Positions 15,321 to 24,164 of a stretch of DNA of 64,000 bases are shown here, piece after piece. Made by a program: the position numbers and the translations under genes. The notes under the pieces were generated by a model. That model ran no database searches and was not told the DNA's origin. It saw nothing but the letters and a program-made list of their open reading frames with translations. The stretch comes from an uncultured Clostridia bacterium. Its GTDB lineage: Bacteria > Bacillota > Clostridia > Christensenellales > DTU072. The stretch is taken from the NCBI GenBank assembly GCA_944362765.1, contig CALVTP010000002.1, forward strand, positions 52,550 to 116,549. Direction: 5' to 3'. Each line of letters begins with the position of its first letter. The first letter of the stretch is position 1.

Positions 15321-17174
15321 ATGAAGAAGATTTTTGAGGCTGTCGTGATCGGCGCCGGTCACGCGGGAGTCGAGGCGGCGGCGGCACTCACAAAGCTCGG
15401 AAAACGCACCCTTTTAACGACGCTCTCCGCCGAGGCGGTGGCGTTTATGGCTTGTAATCCTAACATCGGGGGCACCGCTAAGGGGCATCTCGTCAAGGAG
15501 ATAGACGCTCTCGGAGGCGTCATGGGCGAAGTGGCGGACGCGGCTACGATTCAGGTCAGGATGCTGAACAGAGGGGGCGGCGAAGCGGTGCATAGTCTGC
15601 GCGCGCAGGTCGATAAAAACCTCTACCACAGGTTGATGAAGAGGCGGATGGAGTCGACGGAAGGGCTTTCGGTATCGGAAACCGAAGTCACCGACATATT
15701 GTTTGACGGAAACCGCGTGAAGGGGGTCGTCACCGCAAACGGCGACGAAATCGAGGCAAAAGCCGTCGTTATTGCGACGGGAGTCTATCTGGATGCAAGA
15801 ATTATAACGGGCGATTACGAAAGAAAGACCGGTCCCGCAGGCTTTATGCGGAGCGAGCAGCTTTCCGGAAATCTCGTCAAGCGCGGTTTGGATATCCGCC
15901 GTTTTAAAACGGGCACGCCGATGAGGGTGCTGTCGCGGAGTATCGACTACGACAAAATGGAGCTCCAGCCCGGAGAAGAGGGGCTCCCCGCCTTCGGCAT
16001 GCTGACCGACTTTACCCCCGATAACGACTGCCCTTGCTACCTTACCTACACCAACGCCGAAACCCATAGGATAATTTTGGAAAATCTCGAAAGGGCGCCG
16101 CTGTATAACGGCTCGATTTCGGGAATAGGACCCAGATATTGCCCGTCGATAGAGACCAAGGTGGTGCGCTTCAAGGACAAGGAGCGCCACCAGATTTTTG
16201 TCGAGCCCGAAGGAAAGGACACCTATGAAATGTATATTCAGGGCTTGTCGACCTCCCTTCCTTTTGACATTCAGGAGCAGATGCTGCACACCGTCAGGGG
16301 CTTGGAGCACGCCGAGATAACCCGTTACGGTTACGCCATCGAATATGACTGCCTGAATCCGAAGTGCCTCAATGCCGCGCTCCGGATAAAAGGCTTTGAA
16401 GGACTGTATTCTGCGGGGCAGATCAACGGAAGCTCCGGTTACGAAGAGGCGGCGGCGCAGGGCTTGATAGCAGGGATAAATGCCGCAAGGTACCTGGACG
16501 GAAAGGAACCCGTCGTGCTTCCCAGACACTCTTCCTATATCGGAGTGCTGATCGACGACCTTGTTACCAAAGGGACGGAGGAGCCCTACCGCATGATGAC
16601 TTCGCGTGCAGAGTACCGGTTGCATTTAAGACAGGACAACGCCGATATCCGGCTCACCGAATTGGGGTACGAGATAGGGCTTGCAGGCGAAGAAAGGTAC
16701 CGGAGGCTTCTGAAAAAAAAGGGGGAGATCGCCGATTTAAAGAAACTTTTTTCAGAATTAAGATACCGTACCCTTGAATTGACGGCGCTGGGGATCGAAC
16801 TCTCCGAAAGCACAAAAACTTCATTTTCGGTAGCCGAACTTATAAAAATGGGAACCAAGACCGAAAATATAAGAAAGCTTATTCCCGACGTGGGAAACTA
16901 CATGGCGGAAGCCGTCACAAGTGCCGTCATCGACGTAAAGTACGCGGGATACCTGGAAAAAGAAAGGCGCAGGGTGGAGGAAGAGGCGCGTCTTAACGAC
17001 TATAAAATCCCCGCCGATATCGACTATGACGACGTAGACGGGCTGAGGACGGAAGCGCGTGAAAAGTTAAAGGATATTCGTCCGATGACCTTGGGGCAGG
17101 CGTCGAGAATTTCGGGTGTCAACTCCGCCGACATCACGGTGCTGCTTATTTATCTGAAAAAAAAGAAGCGTTGA
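15321..17174 (+). CDS. mnmG: tRNA uridine 5-carboxymethylaminomethyl modification enzyme MnmG (GidA)
   Basis: 617 aa. FAD-binding VIGAGHAGVEAA. Also NPNIGGTAKGHLVKEIDALGG and GPRYCPSIE motifs. Confidence 0.95.
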   Translation: MKKIFEAVVIGAGHAGVEAAAALTKLGKRTLLTTLSAEAVAFMACNPNIGGTAKGHLVKEIDALGGVMGEVADAATIQVRMLNRGGGEAVHSLRAQVDKNLYHRLMKRRMESTEGLSVSETEVTDILFDGNRVKGVVTANGDEIEAKAVVIATGVYLDARIITGDYERKTGPAGFMRSEQLSGNLVKRGLDIRRFKTGTPMRVLSRSIDYDKMELQPGEEGLPAFGMLTDFTPDNDCPCYLTYTNAETHRIILENLERAPLYNGSISGIGPRYCPSIETKVVRFKDKERHQIFVEPEGKDTYEMYIQGLSTSLPFDIQEQMLHTVRGLEHAEITRYGYAIEYDCLNPKCLNAALRIKGFEGLYSAGQINGSSGYEEAAAQGLIAGINAARYLDGKEPVVLPRHSSYIGVLIDDLVTKGTEEPYRMMTSRAEYRLHLRQDNADIRLTELGYEIGLAGEERYRRLLKKKGEIADLKKLFSELRYRTLELTALGIELSESTKTSFSVAELIKMGTKTENIRKLIPDVGNYMAEAVTSAVIDVKYAGYLEKERRRVEEEARLNDYKIPADIDYDDVDGLRTEAREKLKDIRPMTLGQASRISGVNSADITVLLIYLKKKKR

Positions 17175-17389
17175 AGCCGTATCCGTCAGCGAATTGAACT
17201 CAAAAGGGAATATTTACTAAAATTTTACGCTTTTGATGAAATCGGGGGTATTCCTCCGCGGGCAGAAAAATCAAAATCTCTTCAAACTACCGACTTTTTG
17301 CCGCCGATGTCGGCTTTTCATGCGATAATGCAAGACCTCGGATAAATAAATAACTAACCATAGATACATTCTGCTTGTCTTTACCCCTC

Positions 17390-17418
17390 TTTACAGCCTT
17401 CCCCGGGTATGCTATAAT
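17390..17418 (+). promoter_or_regulatory. Extended -10 promoter of the small lipoprotein gene
   Basis: TTTACA (17390-17395), 17-bp spacer, TGcTATAAT (17410-17418). RBS GGAGG lies about 10 nt before the ATG at 17466. Confidence 0.6.
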
Positions 17419-17465
17419 CGAATTAACATGGGGTGAACCCGTAAAAAAATTGGAGGATAATAATA

Positions 17466-17894
17466 ATGAAAAAAAGAATTCTTACCATAGTTGCCGTATT
17501 GGCACTTGCCGCGGTGTTGGCTGTCTCGCTGGTCGCCTGCATTCCGTCCGATCCCGCAAAAGCCAGAGAAAATCTCGAAGAGGAGGGATTTTTCGTTCTC
17601 CCTGAGCTTATAACGTCTCCGCTTGTTGCTTCTCTCTCATTGGCCGTAGAAGGATTTGATGAAATGATATATGCAACAGACATCTCCGCAGAAGCAATAC
17701 TGCAAGACCAAACGCCGGGCGAAGCGATTATTATACTCTATTTCGATTCCTCTGACAATGCCAAGGCTTTCTATGAAGGAGACATTATTCAAGAGCTAAA
17801 AGAAGAAGTTGATAAAGAGGGTACTGCCCAACTCAAGAAGCAAGGCAAGATCGTCTATATCGGCACCGAAGCAGCCATCAAAGCCGCGAAATAA
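17466..17894 (+). CDS. Small predicted lipoprotein, function unknown
   Basis: 142 aa. MKKRILTIVAVLALAAVLAVSLVAC|IPS is a signal peptide plus lipobox (LVAC). Strong RBS. A terminator lies downstream. Confidence 0.75.
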   Translation: MKKRILTIVAVLALAAVLAVSLVACIPSDPAKARENLEEEGFFVLPELITSPLVASLSLAVEGFDEMIYATDISAEAILQDQTPGEAIIILYFDSSDNAKAFYEGDIIQELKEEVDKEGTAQLKKQGKIVYIGTEAAIKAAK

Positions 17895-17948
17895 TTCAGA
17901 TTGGCAGGAAGTAAGTAAACCCGAAAACAATTGAACAACAACAAAGGG

Positions 17949-17974
17949 ACGGTTCTTCGGAGCCGTTCTTTTTT
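17949..17974 (+). terminator. Rho-independent terminator
   Basis: ACGGTTC-TTCG-GAGCCGT hairpin (one G-U pair) followed by TCTTTTTT. Confidence 0.55.
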
Positions 17975-17993
17975 CGGAAAAACAGTTCGGAAA

Positions 17994-18022
17994 GTGGCAA
18001 ATGCCGTAAGGTGTGGTATAAT
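17994..18022 (+). promoter_or_regulatory. Extended -10 promoter placed for a leaderless transcript of the radical SAM gene
   Basis: GTGGCA (-35-like, 17994-17999), 17-bp spacer including TG, TATAAT (18017-18022). The A of the ATG at 18029 is 7 nt after the -10, and no SD fits between them. Confidence 0.5.
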
Positions 18023-18028
18023 CGAAGT

Positions 18029-18880
18029 ATGGAGAAATGTTATGTCTGTCCCAATATGTGCGGAGTCGACAGGGAACGGGAGAAGGGCGTATGCTTGTGC
18101 GGCGCCGAACCGATAGTCAACCGTGCGGCGCTCCACTCTTACGAGGAACCGCCTGTTTCGGGAACACGCGGTTCGGGCACGATATTTTTCGGTGGCTGCA
18201 TCATGCGCTGCGACTTTTGCCAAAATTACCGTATAAGCCGTAATCCCGTCGGGAGGAGCTATACTCCGCGGGAGCTTTCCGAACTCTATAAAAGGCTCGA
18301 ATCGGAAGGGGCGCACAACATAAACTTCGTTTCCGCCACCCAATGGACGGACGCCGTCATCGAGTCGTTTAAATTCTACCGCCCCAAAGTTCCCGTCGTG
18401 TGGAACACCTCCGGCTACGAAAGAGCGGAGACGGTGGAACGCCTTCAGGAATTTGTCGACATATGGCTGCCCGATTTCAAGTACTCCTCGGAGGAGCTGG
18501 GGCGGAAATTGTCCGGAAGGAGTAACTACCCCTTAACGGCGCTGAACGCTATTTCGCTGATGAGGAAACTAAGCCGTGACCGCTACGTCCAAGGCATAAT
18601 GCAGTCGGGACTCATCATACGTCATTTGGTACTTCCGGGCTACCTTAGTAACAGTTTCGGGGTGCTGGACATGATAAAAAAGGAAATCGGCACGCAGACG
18701 ACAGTTTCGATAATGAGTCAATTTACACCCCCCGAATGCTCCGAGATAATTTTAAGGCGGTTAAAGCCTATCGAATATAAAGCCGTCGTCAGATACGCCG
18801 AAAAGGCAGGCTTCGGGAACGCGTATATCCAGGAGCTTGACTCCGCCGACTCCTCTTACACTCCACCCTTCGAGATATAA
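18029..18880 (+). CDS. Radical SAM protein, PflX-like (pyruvate formate-lyase activase family)
   Basis: MEKCYVCPNMCGVDR... N-terminal Cys motif. Radical SAM CxxxCxxC in GGCIMRCDFCQNY. About 283 aa. I prefer the ATG at 18029 over the GTG at 18011, which lies inside the -10 element. Confidence 0.75.
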   Translation: MEKCYVCPNMCGVDREREKGVCLCGAEPIVNRAALHSYEEPPVSGTRGSGTIFFGGCIMRCDFCQNYRISRNPVGRSYTPRELSELYKRLESEGAHNINFVSATQWTDAVIESFKFYRPKVPVVWNTSGYERAETVERLQEFVDIWLPDFKYSSEELGRKLSGRSNYPLTALNAISLMRKLSRDRYVQGIMQSGLIIRHLVLPGYLSNSFGVLDMIKKEIGTQTTVSIMSQFTPPECSEIILRRLKPIEYKAVVRYAEKAGFGNAYIQELDSADSSYTPPFEI

Positions 18881-18949
18881 TTTCACGCTTCCGTTTTTCG
18901 AGGCGGCGGGAGAGCGCGTTGAGCGGCGTCAAATCCGGAGCGGCGGAGG

Positions 18950-19630
18950 CTACCCAAGCAAAAAGCCCGTTATTCCGTCGGCGATCGCCTTGACCAGTTT
19001 TTGACGGTATGCGTTTTCAAGCAACAATTTTTCGTCCTCGGCGTTGGATAAAAATCCGCATTCGACGATACAGGAAGGGTATTCGGAGCAATTCAAAATG
19101 TAATAGTCGCCTTTCAGCGCCGAATAGCCGCGTCCGACGTATTCGATGTTCAATGCGTTCAATTTATCCTGTATCGAGGTGGCGAGGCGTTTTCCGTCCT
19201 CCGAAAAGTCGTTGAAAAACAGTTGCGCTCCCCGCCTCAAAGAGGAGGGGAACTTGTTACAATGTACGCTGACGACAACGTCGGGAACGGCTTTCAAAAT
19301 GGTTTCTTTCCGCTTTTCCATGTCGAGAAGTTTTTCGCTTCCCGCCTTGGCGACGGTACCTTCCGCCGTCCGCGTTTTTATGACGTTATAGCCTCTTTCT
19401 TCGAGCTCCTTTTCAAGCAAAATCGCGATATCCAGGTTGATTTCGGCTTCGGTGACGCCGGAGTTTTTCCCGACTACTCCGCCGTCCGCGCCGCCGTGAC
19501 CGGGGTCTATGACGATTGTGGGAGCCACAGCCGTCCCGGGGAGCGCAAATGCGCCGTGAAAAGCGAGCGCCACGACCGCCGCAGCGACGACAAGCGCACA
19601 AATCAACATCGCCGTTTTGCTTCTAAACAT
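18950..19630 (-). CDS. cwlD: N-acetylmuramoyl-L-alanine amidase, CwlD-like (Amidase_3)
   Basis: 226 aa. N-terminal TM helix, IVIDPGHGGADGG..E..INLDIA..L...L...G, and VVSVHCN.F motifs. Size and architecture match germination-specific CwlD. Confidence 0.7.
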   Translation of the reverse strand: MFRSKTAMLICALVVAAAVVALAFHGAFALPGTAVAPTIVIDPGHGGADGGVVGKNSGVTEAEINLDIAILLEKELEERGYNVIKTRTAEGTVAKAGSEKLLDMEKRKETILKAVPDVVVSVHCNKFPSSLRRGAQLFFNDFSEDGKRLATSIQDKLNALNIEYVGRGYSALKGDYYILNCSEYPSCIVECGFLSNAEDEKLLLENAYRQKLVKAIADGITGFLLG

Positions 19631-19707
19631 GGTGCCTTTTCCGTAAGCCCCGTTTGGGAGTACCTAAACCCGAAAATTCGAGCTCTTTCGACAATGAAAT
19701 TTCAAAG

Positions 19708-19747
19708 TTATCCACATATTGCCGAGTTATCCACATAGTTATCAACA
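19708..19747 (+). promoter_or_regulatory. Cluster of three co-oriented DnaA boxes
   Basis: TTATCCACA (19708-19716, perfect consensus), TTATCCACA (19727-19735, perfect) and TTATCAACA (19739-19747, one mismatch). They lie in the cwlD/tilS divergent intergenic region. Confidence 0.6.
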
Positions 19748-19839
19748 TTATATTCGGGAAAACTTCCGATAAGAAGGGGGAAGACAAAAAATTTTCTTCC
19801 GAAAAAAGCACTTTCGCGGGCGGTAATTGCAGGGAAATA

Positions 19840-19868
19840 TTTACACGCGCGCGGGAATTTGGTATAAT
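19840..19868 (+). promoter_or_regulatory. Extended -10 promoter placed for a leaderless tilS transcript
   Basis: TTTACA (19840-19845), 17-bp spacer, TGgTATAAT (19860-19868). The ATG at 19875 is exactly 7 nt after the -10. Confidence 0.5.
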
Positions 19869-19874
19869 TTCGGT

Positions 19875-21140
19875 ATGGAGCCCTCTTGGAAAGGAAAAAA
19901 GGTGGCGGCGGCTGTCTCCGGCGGCATCGATTCGATGGTGATGCTGGACATTTTGTTGAAGTCGGGATTGAGACCGCTGGTCATAAATTTCGAACACGGC
20001 ATTCGCGGAAAGGAGTCGGAAGCCGATTCCGCCTTTGTCGCGGAAAGCGCCGAAAAACTGGGGCTTCAATGGAGAGTTATTCCGCTGGATGTGCCCGCCT
20101 ACGCCTCGGAAAAAGGAATGAGTCCGGAGGAAGCGGCGCGGGAATTAAGATATGCGGAGTTTGAAAAGCTCCTTGAATCGGGGGAAGCCGACGTCGTGGC
20201 GCTTGCACACCACTTGGACGACAACGCCGAAACGATTCTGATGCGTCTCTTCCGAGGCACCGGTATAAGGGGGCTTTCGGGTATCCGCGACCGCAAGGGG
20301 TACATACACCCCCTTTCCTCCATGACGAGAGCGGAGATAGAAAAATACGCCGCCGAATGCGGTATAGCGTTCAGAACAGACTCCACCAACTCCGACCCGC
20401 GCTACACCAGAAATTTCATAAGATTGAAGCTTATTCCGCTGATAAGAGAGCGCTTCCCGGGTTTTGAAAAGCGCATGAAGCGACTTTCGGAGGCGGCGGA
20501 AGAGGTCGAAGAGCTTCTGGACGCGTTGAAAACGCCGCCGATAGAGGTAAAAGGAGGGCTGGCGCTGCCGTTGGAAGCATTCGATAAGCCGCCCGCCGTC
20601 GTTAAAAAGTCGGTGGCGGAGCTTGTCGGGAAGCTGGGAATCACAAAGGACATGGAGGCGGCAAACTTCCGCTTCGTCATCGACCTCGCCCACGGAAAGA
20701 CGGGGCGGCGGCTCTCGCTGCCTTTCGGCGTAGAGGCGAGGAAGGAAAAAGATCTGGTCGTCTTTATGCCGCCGAAAAAGGGAGAGGGCGGCGAATTCCC
20801 GTTTGATATCGACGGAAAATACGATTATTTCGGCACATTGTACTCTTTTGAGGCGACCGACAAGATAGAAAAAGGGGTGTTTGACCCCCAAAAAATCCCC
20901 GAGGGAGCCGTCATAAGGCTTCCCGCCTCGGGCGACAGGTTCCGCCGCTATAAGGGAGGGGAGAAGTCGCTCGGCGACTACTTCACCGACATCAAGTTCC
21001 CGACGAGAATGAGAGAGCTGACTCCCGTCCTCGCTTCGGGGCATGAGGTGCTTCTGATTTTAGGCGTCGAAGTGTCGGACGCACTCAAAGTCGACTCCGA
21101 CAGCAAATATATTTACAAATGCAAAGCAGGTGAAAAATGA
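19875..21140 (+). CDS. tilS: tRNA(Ile)-lysidine synthase
   Basis: PP-loop VAAAVSGGIDSMVM, and LAHHLDDNAETILMRLFRGTG. Followed by hpt, as is usual in Firmicutes. The start is uncertain: ATG 19875 (leaderless) or TTG 19827, which lies upstream of the predicted promoter. Confidence 0.85.
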   Translation: MEPSWKGKKVAAAVSGGIDSMVMLDILLKSGLRPLVINFEHGIRGKESEADSAFVAESAEKLGLQWRVIPLDVPAYASEKGMSPEEAARELRYAEFEKLLESGEADVVALAHHLDDNAETILMRLFRGTGIRGLSGIRDRKGYIHPLSSMTRAEIEKYAAECGIAFRTDSTNSDPRYTRNFIRLKLIPLIRERFPGFEKRMKRLSEAAEEVEELLDALKTPPIEVKGGLALPLEAFDKPPAVVKKSVAELVGKLGITKDMEAANFRFVIDLAHGKTGRRLSLPFGVEARKEKDLVVFMPPKKGEGGEFPFDIDGKYDYFGTLYSFEATDKIEKGVFDPQKIPEGAVIRLPASGDRFRRYKGGEKSLGDYFTDIKFPTRMRELTPVLASGHEVLLILGVEVSDALKVDSDSKYIYKCKAGEK

Positions 21141-21685
21141 ACGGCGTATTAAGTAAGGACATCCAAACAGTGCTTCTTTCCCGGGAGCAAATCGAAAAGC
21201 GCGTCGAGGAAATAGCCGAAGCCATCACACGCGACTATCGCGGCGAATCGGTGTTGATGGTAGGGATATTGCGCGGCGCGGTGGTCTTTTTTTCGGAGCT
21301 CGTCAAACGCGTCGACCTCGACGTGAGATTCGACTTCATGGTGGTTTCTAGCTACGGCTCGGGCACCGAATCGGGCGGCGAAATCAGAATAGTAAAAGAT
21401 CTTTCACAACCGATAGAAGGTATGAATGTAGTGATAGTGGAGGATATAATCGACACCGGCTACACCCTGAAAAACCTTTTAAGACTTTTAGGAACAAGGA
21501 ATCCGAAGAGCCTTAAAATTGCGGCGCTCCTCGATAAACCTTCCAGACGGAAAGTGCCGCTCGAAGGTGACTATGTGGGGTTTAAGGTTCCCAATGAGTT
21601 CGTTGTGGGATACGGATTGGACTATAACGAAAAATACAGAAATCTTCCCGATATCTGCGTATTAAAACCCGAGGTCTATTCGTAA
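21137..21685 (+). CDS. hpt: Hypoxanthine phosphoribosyltransferase
   Basis: 182 aa. PRPP-binding VVIVEDIIDTGYTL. ATGA overlap with the tilS stop. Confidence 0.92.
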   Translation: MNGVLSKDIQTVLLSREQIEKRVEEIAEAITRDYRGESVLMVGILRGAVVFFSELVKRVDLDVRFDFMVVSSYGSGTESGGEIRIVKDLSQPIEGMNVVIVEDIIDTGYTLKNLLRLLGTRNPKSLKIAALLDKPSRRKVPLEGDYVGFKVPNEFVVGYGLDYNEKYRNLPDICVLKPEVYS

Positions 21686-23025
21686 TGTTCGTCTCCAAGG
21701 CGTTACTTAAGCTTCGGAAGCTGTGGACGGCTCCCCTCTATATCGTCGGCGGCGCCGTCAGGGACGCCCTTTTGGGGTACTCCGTTTCCGACATCGATCT
21801 TGCTTCTCCGCTCCTTCCCGAAGAGGTGGTAAAGCTTTTGGACGGCAGCCCGTTTTCGGCTAAGCCCAATTCCGTCAAATTGGGGACGCTGGGTATCTGC
21901 GGCTTCGGCGAAAAGTTCGAGTATACCGCTTTCAGAAGCGATTCCTACGCCGACGGCGGACATCACACGCCCGCTTCCGTCGAGTTCGGAGTCTCCATTT
22001 TTGAGGACGCGAAAAGAAGAGATTTTACCGCAAATTCCATCTATTTCGACATCGGAAAAGGAGAATTCGTCGACCCCGTCGGCGGTATGGGAGATCTTGA
22101 ACGGCGCATTCTGAGAACGGCGAGAGCTCCCGAAGAGGTCATCGACGAGGACGCTCTAAGGATCCTGCGCATGGTGAGATTTTCCGCAAAGCTCGGTTTT
22201 CAGCCCGATGCGAAGCTGTTTCAGGCTGCGAAGGCGATGCGCTTGAACCTTAACAACATCGTGCCCGATCGTATTCGCGACGAATTAGTCGGGATTATGC
22301 TTTCCGACGCCGAAAACGGCGTAAAAAATGCCCATGTCCGCGGGATAGAGCTGATGCGCGAGCTCGGAGTGCTGGAACTCATACTTCCCGAAGTTGCTGC
22401 CTGCATCGGCGTCGCCCAGAACCCCCGCTGGCACCGCTACGACGTCTACGGACACCTATTGAAAACATACGAAAATACGCCGCCGGAGCTTGAATTAAGG
22501 CTGGCGGGGCTCCTCCACGACATCGGAAAACCGCCTGCGGGCTCGGCAAAGGGAAGGACGGCGGAGCATCCCGATTTCGGCGCGTGGCTGGCAGGGAAAC
22601 GCCTCGGCGAGCTCCGCTTTTCCGGAAAATTGACTGACAGAGTTTCGGAACTGATAAGACTTCATATGTTCGACCTTCGGGGCGACGTCTCCGAAAAAGA
22701 AGAGCGCCTCTTTGTGCTTGAACACTATAAATGCATTCCCGAACTCGTCATTCTGAAAAACGCAGACAGGGCGGGCTCCGGCATGAGAAGCGGTCCCTCT
22801 CCCGCCGGCGAACGACTCCTTAACACCCTCGCCGCAATGAAAAAAGAGGGGGTTGCGTTCAGCGTCGGGGAGTTGAAAGTAAACGGCAACGACGTCATGA
22901 AATTGCAGCCCGCACTCCGCGGCAACGCCCTCAGATCGCTGTTGCGGCGAAATGCCTTCGACCCCGAAGTGAGAACGCGTGAAGGCGCCTTAAAATACAT
23001 TCGCGACTTTCCCCGAAACGGATAA
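21685..23025 (+). CDS. cca: CCA-adding tRNA nucleotidyltransferase (PolyA_pol family with HD domain)
   Basis: 446 aa. Motifs: YIVGGAVRDALLG, DIDLA, RRDFTANS, LHDIGKP (HD). TAATG overlap with the hpt stop. Confidence 0.8.
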   Translation: MFVSKALLKLRKLWTAPLYIVGGAVRDALLGYSVSDIDLASPLLPEEVVKLLDGSPFSAKPNSVKLGTLGICGFGEKFEYTAFRSDSYADGGHHTPASVEFGVSIFEDAKRRDFTANSIYFDIGKGEFVDPVGGMGDLERRILRTARAPEEVIDEDALRILRMVRFSAKLGFQPDAKLFQAAKAMRLNLNNIVPDRIRDELVGIMLSDAENGVKNAHVRGIELMRELGVLELILPEVAACIGVAQNPRWHRYDVYGHLLKTYENTPPELELRLAGLLHDIGKPPAGSAKGRTAEHPDFGAWLAGKRLGELRFSGKLTDRVSELIRLHMFDLRGDVSEKEERLFVLEHYKCIPELVILKNADRAGSGMRSGPSPAGERLLNTLAAMKKEGVAFSVGELKVNGNDVMKLQPALRGNALRSLLRRNAFDPEVRTREGALKYIRDFPRNG

Positions 23026-23053
23026 AAACTTTCTTTCGTAACATACTCTCCCT

Positions 23054-23926
23054 ATGGCGTGGCGGGGGAGAAAATTTTTTATTATTTGGATTTTAGGTAT
23101 CCTGATTTTCTGTTTCGGTTACCCGATTTTAAATATTGAAAGCAACTGTTTTGCGGAAGAAAACAGCGGAAACGACTCCCCTGAGCTGCAATTTGCCTTC
23201 GAATTGATGGCGGAGTTCTCGACGGATTATTCTTCTTCGGCTGCCGGCAGAAAGAAAAATATCGAACGCGCGGCAGCGGCGCTCGACGGCGCAACGGTAG
23301 CGGTGGGGGAGCGTTTTTCCTTCAACGGGCGCGTAGGTAAAAGAAGCGCCGAGCGCGGCTATCTTCCCGCACCCGTCATCGAAAACGGACAGTATGTCCC
23401 GGGGGTGGGCGGCGGCGTCTGTCAGGTTTCTTCGACGTTATATAACGCCGTCATCAGGGCGGGTTTCGAAGAACTTCATGCCGTCCGTCACACCATTCCC
23501 GCAAGCTATGTGCCGTATTCCGCCGACGCCGCCGTCTCGGAAGCCACGGATTTTACTTTTTTGAACGATTCTCCCTATCCGGTCACGATAAAGTGCTCCG
23601 CCAAAGACGGAAAATTGACGGTGAAATTATACGGTTTTCCGTACTACACCGACGGTTTAAGCGTGAAATTCGTCAGCAATCTTATAAAGGAAACTCCCAC
23701 CGAGGAATACGACGTGATTCGGGACGGAAAGGGCATGCCGAATGCGGGCGGCCGCGAACGGATAGTGCGCCGCGCCGTTCCGAAAAGGGAGAGCGAATTG
23801 ATAAAAATCACCTATTATCTCGGGAAAGAGGTGGGGCGGAAGCGTTTCAGACATGACTTCTATCCCGCCGTAAAAGGGGTCAAAATAGTCGCCGGAGACA
23901 ATGCCGGGGAAATCGTCGGATTTTAA
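23054..23926 (+). CDS. VanW family protein
   Basis: 290 aa. N-terminal TM helix. GERFSFNGRVGKRSAERGY..AP..ENG......GGGVCQVSSTLYNAV and H..P..YVP...DAAV are the VanW core signature. Confidence 0.8.
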   Translation: MAWRGRKFFIIWILGILIFCFGYPILNIESNCFAEENSGNDSPELQFAFELMAEFSTDYSSSAAGRKKNIERAAAALDGATVAVGERFSFNGRVGKRSAERGYLPAPVIENGQYVPGVGGGVCQVSSTLYNAVIRAGFEELHAVRHTIPASYVPYSADAAVSEATDFTFLNDSPYPVTIKCSAKDGKLTVKLYGFPYYTDGLSVKFVSNLIKETPTEEYDVIRDGKGMPNAGGRERIVRRAVPKRESELIKITYYLGKEVGRKRFRHDFYPAVKGVKIVAGDNAGEIVGF

Positions 23927-24090
23927 ACCGTTGTCGTCCCGGCTTGTCCCGACGGGAGGTGTTCCCCGCAACCGGCGCGGCGGAGCGGTCTTCAACGGGA
24001 TACAGAATAGTAAAATGAGGGCGCATTCGGCGCAAAGAAGCCGCTTGTTGTCTTCCGACGCAAAGCGAAAACTTCCGTTCGCTTTTGGGG

Positions 24091-24119
24091 TTGACAAAGT
24101 ACGTCTTCTCATATAGAAT
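24091..24119 (+). promoter_or_regulatory. Sigma-A-type promoter of the GPH transporter gene
   Basis: TTGACA (24091-24096), 17-bp spacer, TAGAAT (24114-24119). Confidence 0.6.
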
Positions 24120-24164
24120 TAAAGTGGCGCCAGGTGCGCTTTCTTGAAAAAAGGAGAAGCGGAT

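Noticed and set aside
13237-16625. Minus-strand ORFs of 362 aa (13237-14325) and 403 aa (15414-16625), opposite jag/mnmE and mnmG.
   Set aside because: The + strand genes are unambiguous conserved housekeeping genes, and the antisense products have no recognisable motifs.
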